This document shows, piece after piece, positions 1 through 10,179 of a DNA stretch of 64,000 bases; positions within the stretch are counted from its first letter, which is position 1, and each line of letters opens with the position of its first letter. A model generated the notes under the pieces. The model was given only the letters and a program-made list of their open reading frames with translations, made no database searches and had not been told where the DNA came from. This DNA is from Takakia lepidozioides (Eukaryota; Plantae; Bryophyta). The stretch is taken from NCBI GenBank assembly GCA_030704615.1, contig CM060732.1, forward strand, positions 17,360,001 to 17,424,000, given 5' to 3'. The translations under genes were made by a program, and so were the position numbers.

Positions 1-53
1 ATATGATGAAAATTCCCATTTCAGTATTGTTTGATGGAAATGTGGCACTGCAG

Positions 54-3000
54 GGTGACTGAGAATGCCTTCATTGCCACCAACTTGTCCCATATGCTCT
101 TCCGAGTGAAGGATGTCGGGAGGCAGGGGGTGGAAGAGTTTGCCAATTCCCTCAGTGCCGACCTCCTGCGCAAGTCGGAGGCAAAGGCAGACAGAACCTG
201 GTATAGGCTGAGCGTCGACGCCATGGTGGACTACATATTTCGGGTAAAGCTCCTGCAGTTTTGTTGAGCTAATTTGTCTCTCCTCCCCCAATAGAAGAAA
301 TTGTGTTGAGCAGGATCTCTAATCTTATGTGCTGCTTTTCGACAGACGAAAATACAGCAGGATTTGGCACATGCGCGGAGGTTCTACATGGAGTCAGAGG
401 AGAAGAATCCAACCCTCCCGGAACTCGAATCGTATGTCAAAGCTGCGGAGGTGAGGGCCCGCATAAAGTACAAGTCGCGGATGGTAAAGTACGTGGCCAT
501 AGCTGATCCCGCCCTTGGTGCCGACTTTCTGGTGGAGGTGGGAAAGCACTACTCTCGCGCTCTGAAGCCCACGATGACATTGGAGAAGCTCCATCGTCTA
601 GCCACATCCTGTGTGGATGCAACAGAAAAGGTGATACATTCTTAACCAAATTGTGGTGGCAACAACTCCTTTTTGTGGTGTTTGGCGCTTACGAATATGC
701 TGGGTGGTTGGACAGACCCGGTGGCTCCAAATCTGGAATGGTTCCCAAAGTACCAGGGACATGTGGAGCTTCCCCAAACCGGACAAACTCTCTGACCCCA
801 CATTCGACATGTGGATGAACCGCATGACATGGTGGTTTCAGGTACTTCCCCACGCTTCGTTTGGGGCTTGTACTCTAGTAGGGGGTTGATTCATTGTATT
901 TTTTGAGGAAAGCGATCTGATGGACAATCTCCACAGGTGACGACGAATGCGCAAGAGCAGCTGGACACACAAGCACATCAGTTCAAGATGGAGATATCTC
1001 CTGCAGCAGAGAGCCTGCGTGACTATGTGACGAGGTACTTTCTGCTCTACAAAACCAACCTATTCTTTCGGGAGATAGCAGATGCTCGCCGGAGCCACGA
1101 GTTCACCGACCAGCCGAACGCGGACAAAGCAGCAATGCGCCTTCTGTACAGGTACATACGCGCTGCCTTTCTTTCAAGTCCTGGCATTTCAGGATGTTAG
1201 AGGCCTAAGTGGTGTTAGGGAAAATGGCGCCGAATTTCCAGTCAGGGCTCCGAAAATGGCAAAGTCCCTAGACTGGCTGGCCCGGAACTGGAAATTCGGC
1301 GCCATTTTCCAGTTCCAGGCCCTATTGCCGTTCAGGGACTTAGCCATTTTCGGGCTAAGTCCCTAGTGTGGCTGGCCCGGAACTGGAAATTCGGCGCCGT
1401 TTTCCAGTTCTAGGCCCTATTGCCGTCCAGGGACTTAGCCATTTTCGGGCTAAGTCCCTAGACTGGCTGGCCATGAAGTGGAAATTCGGCGCCATATTCC
1501 AGTTCCAGGCCCTATTGCCGTCCAGGGACTTAGCCATTTTCGGTCTAAGTCCCTAGGGTGGCTGGCCCGGAACTGGAAATTCGGCGCCGTATTCCAGTTC
1601 TAGGCCCTATTGCCGTCCAGGGACTTAGCCATTTTCCGGCTAAGTCCCTAGACTGGCTGGCCCTGAAGTGGAAATTCGGCGCCATATTCCAGTTCCAGGC
1701 CCTATTGCCGTCCAGGGACTTAGCCATTTTAGGTCTAAGTCCCTAGGGTGGCTGGCCCGGAACTGGAAATTCGGCGCCGTATTCCAGTTCTAGGCCCTAT
1801 TGCCGTCCAGGGACTTAGCCATTTTCGGGCCAAGTCCCTAGACTGGCTGGCCCTGAAGTGGAAATTCGGCGCCATATTCCAGTTCCAGGCCCTATTGCCG
1901 TCCAGGGACTTAGCCATTTTCGGTCTAAGTCCCTAGGGTGGCTGGCCCGGAACTGGAAATTCGGCGCCGTATTCCAGTTCTAGGCCCTATTGCCGTCCAG
2001 GGACTTAGCCATTTTTTGTGTAAGTCCCTAGGGTGGCTGGCCCGGAAGTGGAAATTCGGCGCCGTTTTCCAGTTCCAGGCCGTATTGTCGTCCAGGGACT
2101 TAGCCATTTTCGGGCTAAGTCCCTACACTGGGTGGCCCTGAAGTGGAAATTCGGCGCCATATTCCAGTTGTAGGCCCTATTGCCGTTCAGGGAGTTAGCC
2201 ATTTTCGGACCTCATTGGGTTTTTCATGAATGCAGGTACTGTAAGTTCTCGCTTTTGGAGAAAGGTCATCTGTCTTTCGAGCCACCATTCTTCCTGGCAT
2301 GGAGGAACCCTGGGGCTGACTCCATGTACACTGACGATATTGTGAAGGAGTGGCATCTGGAACATTTGCGTGATTGCCCTTGGTATGTGGACCTTCCGCC
2401 CGGCTCGCTCGACCCATCCGAGTTTCAATTGAAGCTGGATGCTGAATTCCGACGAAACCGGGCTCCGCTGCCTCCGTTGGGTGCAAAAGAGGCAAAAGCG
2501 CTTGCGAACTCCAGGAAAGCGGCAGAGCTTGCTCAGGCAGGAATTCAAGAGAAATTGCATGAGAAGAGTAAAGGTCAAAGGAAAAGGACAAGGAAACAGG
2601 TGACTGCAGTAACACCCAAAAAGAAGAAAACCATCGGGGCATCGGAGGAGGCGCAGGAGGGGACCCAAGAGAGTGACTCCGACGCCGATTTTGTTCAAGG
2701 TCCTGCGACTGCTGTTGCTCCTACCCAGTCACCGGTCGTCCGGGTTCCCAAGTCAGTTCGGAGTGGGACTGGCTCTGCCAAGAAGTTGGCATTTGAGGGC
2801 GAGCCTACACGGCGGTATTCGGCGGTGACGTTTACGCACAGGCCAAAGCTAGAACCTCCAACCATCATCCAATGCGTCAATGAGAGCTTCCTTGACGCTC
2901 TCGCTGCCAGGGCGAAGAAGGTGGCACACAACAAGTCTCTGGCGGAGCAGAAGGGAAAAGCCAAGAAGAGGGCTGCTGGTACAGAGCCTAAAGACACCCC

Positions 3001-4585
3001 TGGTTTTGAAGCCATGATGGAATTCTTCACGGCTGTGAGCACGAATTGCAAGAGCACTCGGGGGGGGTTGAGGTGGAGAGAGCTTGCGACATGATTCTCC
3101 TCGACATTCCAGATGGGGAGCTGCTGGAGGGCCTGGATGGTGTGCCCACCTGGAACAGGTTTACTGAGGACTACTGGAAAGCCGGGTTTGGGCTGGCGGG
3201 GATGCTTCTGGATGACGGTGGATGTGTGGTTGTCCTTGCCACGAGAGGGAAGACCACAGAGAATGCGGTGGCAAGGTGGACACCGAAAAGTGTCACCCCG
3301 GTCCTCCTCAGAAAATGGTTCTACATCAGTACGCAGGGGTTGCGAACAGAGGGCCAAAGTGTAAGTTATCAATCTATTGCATTCACTTCATATTGTGGTG
3401 TATGTTAAGTAGACCCTGGAATTGATCCCTTCTTTGTTGGATGTGCAAACATTGGTGTTTGAGGCATATTGCTTTGTGAAGAGAGGGTCTACGTTCAAAT
3501 TCCGCAACGACGGTCGTCTTGTTGATGCCGCTGTGGACCCTGTAACCTACGATGTCCTCTACAACTATGTGCCCCACTCTAGTATGCCGAAGGACACAAA
3601 GACAGGCAAACCGTGGCGGTACAGCCGGACCCGAAGCCCTGCTTTCATCCAAACCCTCATGGAGACGTGCTCGGATGTCCAAGGGCGGATTCTGGACTTC
3701 ACATGCGGCACGGGTAAGCCTTCACGTGCTCAGTTTGTCCCCTGGCCCCATTGCAATTGCATGCCGCAAGCTATTAACCGCCCGCTTTGTTCCTCAGGTG
3801 CTTCAATGTGGGCAGGGACGTTGTCCGACAGGCATGTGTTCGCCTTCGAGCCAGATACTGCCCTCCACAACTCGGAACTTGCAGCGGCTGAACGTCTGCC
3901 GAAAGAGGAAGAGGCATCCTCGGAGGATGAGGAAAAATCCGAGAAGGAGCAGGGGGAGGAAGTTGGGATCGAGGCCGAGGAGCCCCCGGTTTACGAGTGA
4001 GTGGTGGCATTGTAAGTTGCCTCCAGATTTTGTGAGGCACCTCCCTCCGCTCTCTTATTTCATTGAAAACCCTTTCTGGTTGTGCTGGTATTGACATTCT
4101 TCAAGTGGATTTGTTCTTACTGTAGGATGCCAAGTACTGCCGGAGGGACGTCTACACCGGAGTTCATGGGCAGGAGGAACGTGCCTTTTTTTGCCAGGGG
4201 AGATTTCATGCCTAGTCCAGAAAGGGAGTACATCCTGCCTACTTATGCTGCCCGGCTTGCTTCGGTGTCCATTAGGAGGTGTTCCGAACGTAGTCGTGTA
4301 CAGCAGATTTTAGACGAGGCAAGCCTCAAGAAAATGAAGATGAGGGAGGAGGCAGCAGCTATTAGAGCCCGTCGGGCTCGTAGATTTGTGTTGGATTCTG
4401 CTGAGGAAAGTGGGGGAGAAGACGCAGAAGATTCCCAGGAGGTGAGGTGGACAGTCCCCCAAGGAGAGGACGGGATTTTTGAGAGGCATAGTGGAACTGA
4501 TGCATCACAGAGCTCGGAGGATGAGGGGGATGAGGGGGATGAGGAAGAAGGTGGGGCAAGTTCCTCGGAGGGTGTAGGAGAGTAG
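54..4585 (+). pseudogene. Multi-exon gene (5' end outside window) encoding an N-terminal helical region, a Lys-rich linker, a beta-class N6A/N4C DNA methyltransferase-like domain and an acidic tail (paralog A); probably inactivated
   Basis: Introns join the ORFs in phase: exons 54-243, 346-630, 716-841, 937-1151, 2236-3360, 3449-3713, 3798-3996, 4126-4585. The spliced protein has CDMILLDIPDG (motif IV position), PWRYSRTRSPAFIQTLMETCS (motif X-like) and ILDFTCGTG|ASMWAGTLSDRHVFAFEPD (motifs I-II). Lesions: frameshift in the G8 run at 3060-3067 and an acceptor reading CAA instead of CAG at 3446-3448. Confidence 0.8.
1220..2213. repeat. Intronic tandem array of ~10 x 95-bp units (190-bp higher-order dimer); each unit has two stem-loops and the first partial unit is inverted
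   Basis: GTCCCTAG recurs at 1264, 1359, 1454 and onward. Stems are GGAACTGGAAA/TTTCCAGTTCC and GGGACTTAGCC/GGCTAAGTCCC. The array lies inside intron 1152-2235. Confidence 0.95.
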
Positions 4586-4819
4586 TGCCCATTCCGGCTA
4601 TGACAGTTAGAACACACTTGTATAGACGTGGCTTGCCACAAAATTTGCAATAAAATGTTGCATTTTAAGTCCACTGGTGCCACATTCCAACTTCACATGA
4701 CCCTATTTCCGTGCCTCCTAACCCTATTTCCGTGGACTCACAATGGTCTGCTCATGCTTTTTTTTTTTCCGCTCATGCTCATGCCGCTCATGCTCATGCC
4801 GCTCATGAAATAGCAGCCC

Positions 4820-5427
4820 CCACCACATGGAAGCTTTGCTAATTGGAATGCATTGAGAGCTACTTTTGTAACACAATTTCGGCCATTGAGATTTGTGGAT
4901 CGGCTGAGAGAGCAGTTGACTAAAATTCAAATGACCCCGGATAAATCTGTTGATTCGTATGTTGGGAGATTGGAAGACATACTCTGGAGATGGAATAACC
5001 ATGCCATCCCTGACCATATGCAGATGGGATTATTCATCGAGGGATTGAGGCCCACAGAATTGATTAGATTTGTGAAGGAGTCTGTGCCAACAGATCTTCA
5101 GACATCGATTAATCGGGCTAAATTATGGGAGACTGTGCATGTTACCTCACACTATCTGCTTGTAAGCCAACCCTATATGATTACTAGCTCGTGGGATCCA
5201 GTAACAGTTGCGCCTTTGGCAAGTGCTTATCCCCCAGCTACGTACCAGCCTGAAGCGGTAGGCATCTATGCTCCAGTTTCGGTGCAGGGGAGAGCGCCCA
5301 AAACTTTAGCTTTACCAGCCCTAGGGTTGCAGGAAGATGCAATTATGGCATTGGCCAAGAAGTTTGGAGAATTGGAGGTGAAAATGGCCGAGAAGAGAGA
5401 AGGCTGACCCAAATCCAAGGCAACCTA
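4820..5427 (+). mobile_element. Ty3/Gypsy element B, gag capsid fragment (5'-truncated)
   Basis: ORF 4853-5407 resembles Retrotrans_gag (W..LR..F...F...SVDSY..RLE...FIEGLRP). Gag resumes at 23647 with CCHC knuckles once the MITE is removed. Confidence 0.75.
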
Positions 5428-5996
5428 CGGTGGCTCAGTGATGACCAGATCATGAGTCCTTAAAAAGTACACAATATTTTTTTTTAAAGTTAAAAAACTG
5501 AAAATGCAATGCATTGACTAAGAAAGTAGATGGATGTATAAGGCAAATTCATTTTAATAAAAGAATTGTGATTAGATTAAGTTGTCGAAATTATAAATTC
5601 AACCTTAAAGTCAACCATAAACCATAAACCCTAAACCTCTAATTACATGAAAAAGTCCATATCTTTCTTGGCGGTCCTGGGTAATAGGCAAAGGTACCTT
5701 TTTAATGAAGGGAGTTTCTTTAATTCATTCATTTTCCTCTTCTAGGACAATCTGAAAATTCACTGCTTTTTAGGGTACTTAGAAGTACATGAAATTTATA
5801 TAATTGAATATTAATATATTAGACTTGTCATTTTAGATTCTTTAAGAAAAGTGCCCCCTTATAGTGAGTCCCATTTTTCATGTTGATTTGTAATTGGAAA
5901 GAAAAAAGTCCGTAACGATAAAATTTGTGTACTGTTACAATTTTTTATGGACTTTTTCAATAGTCCAATACTTCTAGATATTTATTAATTGATTGG

Positions 5997-7005
5997 TGTC
6001 GAGCGGCTTTTACTCACCCATCCCTTCGCTATCCGAGGTGGGAACTCCAAGATAGAAGAGTTGGAAATCTCTAAGCACTTAGCCCGCTCAGAACAATCAG
6101 TCATGACCTACAGCTAGTGTATCATGGGGGTGCTTTCTATTTGTATTCCTTCCCGCATTCAAGTTAGCAAGTTACCTTACTGTCTATAATTAAGTATCAG
6201 ATTGCTTTAGCAATCTACCAGGTTCCATCCACTCATCCATTCATTCCACAGCTTCACTCAGGTCTCTCTACACAGTGTGAGTGTATCAAATATGTATTAG
6301 ATTATTGTCTATTAAGTATCAGGCCGTAGCCATGATGTCTCTAATCTGCTCTACAGTACATCTCTACAGCTTGCATGAATCAAACATCATCAGATCGTCT
6401 CTCCTCCTTCACCATGCTCTCCATCCTTGCGTTCAAGTTCGTGCTCTCTTCCCCCGATGACCAAGTCGTGATCCAAGAAGTGTCCCTCCCTGTTGCTACT
6501 CTGCCTATTCTACCTGCAAGCTGTTCTAACCGCCTAACTAACTAACTGTCATTCAAGACAGAATGCACGTTCCCTCTGCAGATGTCGTTCCCACACAGTC
6601 GTTCCCTGCCAATAATAACCGTTCCCTGTGAATGTTGTGACGGGCTGTGCCAAACTGTGTCGGGCTGTGACTGTGTCGAGCTGTGACTGGCTGTGTCAGG
6701 CTGTGACTGTGTCAGCTGTGATCGGCTGTGGTTGATTGTGTCGGGCTGTGATAAACTGTGATAGGCTGTGTAAGGCTGTGTCAGGCTGTGACAAGCTGTA
6801 TAAGGCTCTCTCAGATTGTGACAAGCTGTGTCTAACTGTGTAAGGCTGTGACTAACTGTGTAAGCCTGTCTACCACCCCTAAGGCATGTGTATGTCATCC
6901 ATAAGGCCTCTGTTGGTCTAAGTCTACCATCCGTAAGTTTGCGCAAAATTAAGGGTACCCCACAGAACCCGTAAAACTGTCCAAGTCCCAGACAGCCCTC
7001 TAACA
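5997..7005 (-). repeat. 3' LTR of the minus-strand Gypsy A, with an internal CACAGC-type minisatellite
   Basis: Direct repeat of 22380-23490, adjacent to the PPT. The short ORFs called here are minisatellite artefacts. Confidence 0.92.
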
Positions 7006-7036
7006 TTATCCCTCCCCCTCTCAAAAAGCCGTGTCC

Positions 7037-7585
7037 TCACGGTTTACTGTTTAGGATCAGCAAACCTTTGTGAACGAGCACCCTTCTGCCGGTGAGAGTC
7101 CCGTGGAGGGCTCTGTGTGCGAGCCCAAGCCCTGTCGCTGGCTGGTGGAGATGACTATCCACCAAATGGAAATGACTGCCCTTCCTTTGGCTGATAAGGA
7201 GGTAACTTCTCAGGCATAGGAGATCCCCTCCTTTTCTTCTCTGCCATTTGTATTTCATAAACCTCAGCCAAGTCAAAAGGTGCCTCCATAGAACCAGTAG
7301 TATCAGAATCATCTTCCCCCCTGTGGCCTTTCGGTGCTCTGACCTTATGTGGCTTCTCAGGAAAGTGTAACCACTTCCTGGCTTCATGTCCCTTAGAAAA
7401 AATGTGGTCAAGACCCAAGTTTTCTTTGGCCAAGTTCTCCAAAGCAAAATTGAACCAAGAACGAAGTTGGGGATCCTTCTGCAGCATGATCCTCACATCA
7501 TACAGATATATATGGAATAGAACTGAAGGTAACACCCAATGACCTTCAGACTTGGAATAAGTCTGAAATCGCATCTGCATCTTTT
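7037..7585 (-). pseudogene. C-terminal remnant of the Gypsy A 3' extra ORF
   Basis: ORF 7155-7580 (HWVLPSV..H.YLYD...QKD.Q.RSWF...MAEKKRRGSPMPE) matches ORF 47165-48073. Confidence 0.9.
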
Positions 7586-7900
7586 CACTACAAGAGATGA
7601 GGGTTTTTAGGACTACGGCTTTGGCGGAGTCATAAAAACTGCACTAGGTACATGACTACAGAGCGCTGAAATGCATTACAGTTTTAGTTTTATGACTTTG
7701 TAGTAATGGATATCACTACATGACTCCGGAATTGGTCAAACATTGTTGACCATGATGACAGGGATGGTTTATATGACTAGTGTGATATGTTTGACTACAC
7801 GTGGACGACGTTTCATGGAATCTTATGACTCCATGACTGAAGATGGTTTCAGAGCTCTATTTATACGACTACATCACTACACGTGTCATTTTGAAGGCAC
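7586..7900 (+). mobile_element. CACTA (En/Spm) terminus with subterminal repeats
   Basis: CACTACAAGAGA starts exactly where Gypsy homology stops and is followed by about ten (A)TGACT/AGTCAT motifs. No matching right TIR was found. Confidence 0.8.
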
Positions 7901-8164
7901 ATATAATGCAAATAAGGTTGCCCATTAGGTTTAAAAAAGTTAAAAAATTTGTTAATAAGGTTGCTCATTAGTGTAATCATGAACAGAAAGGAGGGCTGGG
8001 ACTTGGCGTCTTTTTGTCTCCTGCGCCACACCACATAGCTGAGGGATGGAACGCGATGATAGCAGGATATGTAGGGGCGTGGGATGGAGGCGTTGAGCAA
8101 ATGATGCACGAAGGAGAAGAGGAGGAGGAGACGAGACGAGGAGAAGCGAGCTCGCCGTTGTTGG

Positions 8165-8860
8165 GAGAGTCAGCTTGGTCTTAGCAAGCGCGTTTCAATC
8201 TCTGACTATTTATCTACGCCGTAGTGGTTCGATCTGACCAATCCGACATTACCTGACTACAGACACAAGCAGCACACACAAGAGGTCATCGGTCAAATCC
8301 TCCATGGGTCAGGACAGGTCAAGGACAATGTGGTAGGGCACCTTCTTCTTCAACCTATTTCAGCCTGTGTTGCCCTCTCATCAGACTCGGCCGCAAGATG
8401 CATATTGAATTCTATAAGTTAGGTCGTTGGGTAGATCTGTGGTGGTTTGGAGTGACTTTGGCAAGTTACTGCCAGTGTGGCAGCAGGGAAGTATCCAAAA
8501 ACATATAATAGAGGTGAGGAGAAGCTTTGGGGTGAACGCTTTCCGACCCCAATGGTGGGACAATGGAGACAAAAAGGCGAATGCCTGTTGGACTACAGAG
8601 AGAAGCAGATGCATTTCAGATTGTGATAAGTAGGGTTGGGGTGTTTTGGGGAAGAACTCCACACCAGTATGGTTGGGGTGTTTGCTGGTAGAATTGTAGG
8701 CTGTCAGAGGCATGGATAGCTGAAGGAGCAGGGATAGAGTGTGGGTCCAGATTCATCCAAGAGGGCTGGATTTCAAGCTCCACATTACCTATGATTCCCT
8801 GTGGAAGGATAGGTACAAGAAACCTACATGGGTAGATGGTCAACTGGAAGCGGCATGCTG
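8165..8860 (+). pseudogene. Degenerate exons of an OSB-type PDF motif, paralogous to 26500-26880 and 27857-29400
   Basis: EEKLW...QWWDNGDKK, then an intron, then IHPRGLDFKLHITYDSLW..YKKPTWVDGQL; this fits the WWDNR..NP..PDFKHK..LW..P.WV motif. 8165-8390 is a near-copy of 27857-28088. Confidence 0.7.
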
Positions 8861-10179
8861 TACTATATGTCATTACTGTACTATATGTCATTCCAGAGAC
8901 TGTCATTGTTGGTCCATGTGTTTTACAACAATGCTATCAATATAAGACTCCTGGTTCGCATTGGAAGCTCAATCCCTGCAAGTTCATTGTGTGTGAAGCT
9001 CAAACTTGTGATTTGAAGGATCTTGTAGCCAAGTTCATTCAACCGGAAAGGAAAATTTCTTAAAGCTCCCAAATTTGATGTGGGCAAGCTTATGGAGGTA
9101 AGACTTAGCTTCCCTCCTCTAATGTAAGTGTTGGATAAGTTTCATTTAGTGTCGACCTTCACTGCATATATTGGCTCTTTTCTTGGCTGGTTTCATATTT
9201 TCTTGGCTGGTATGCTGTTGGTTGGCTTCTTTCATTTCACGTGTGTAGTGGAAGGGGAGAAGTACTTTCCTAAGTTTTGCTGCAACAATGTCTTTTTCCA
9301 GCCTAGATGTTTTCGATGGATACAAATTGAAGTGCTTTGAATGTTGCTGCAATACTATAATAAAGTCAGGGATGCCTCGGCGTGAGCCTGGTCACGTGAG
9401 CGCGTGAGCGCGACTGCGCTCACGCCACGTCACCTTGCGCAAATGCCACGTCACGGGGCTCAGTCCACGTCATCACACGTGGAGGCCGAGTCACCACGCA
9501 CCCAGAAAGAAGTGGAGTGTATTCCCGCGGATTGGCACCCTTTACCGCGGAAACAAGCTGGACGACATAATAAAAGGCATTGAATAAATGATGGATGAAT
9601 GTACAGTTGGATGATAAACAGATGGATGAGTTTGAAAAATCTATGTAGATGGATGAATGACGGATGGATAAGAGTAAAATGGATGAATGTATAATGGATG
9701 TTGAGCAATGACAAAAATTCATGACAGGAAGATGCATGACCAAATCTTTTGACGAATGCACAAAGTATATGAAATGAGTGTGGAAGGTTTGTGGGGTGGA
9801 TTAAAGAGTACAGAGGATGAATGTACAATGGATGTTGTACAAAGGAAGCTTTCATGAATGGAGCACGCATGAATACAGTGTAGATGAATGCACAATGGAT
9901 ATGAGAAGAGTCAGGAAGGTTTGTGAGATGGATTCATACATATAGCAATTTAAGCGAAAGTTGATTCTGTGATTATTATTTGTTCTAAAGGAACAACTAC
10001 GGTAGAGTAAGGGGATTCAACGTTTTCCAGATAATATGAAAATGAATATTAAAAGAATACAGTTCAGTCTGACTCAGAGTCAGTACAATGTATCCCCTCT
10101 TCCTCTGCATCTAAGTCTAAGTATTTTAGAACACCGGATCCACGCTGGATACACCTACGGCTGGCCACTAAAAAGTCAG

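Noticed and set aside
1264-2200. CRISPR-like array, or the repeated 60-67 aa ORFs
   Set aside because: Units are contiguous with no unique spacers, there are no cas genes and the context is a eukaryotic intron. The ORFs are by-products of the 190-bp period.
2236-4585. Bacterial contamination or very recent HGT as the source of the MTase
   Set aside because: The gene has spliceosomal introns conserved between diverged paralogs and is embedded among plant transposons.
5610-5640. Interstitial telomere
   Set aside because: Only 2-3 degenerate AAACCCT-like units, inside a MITE.
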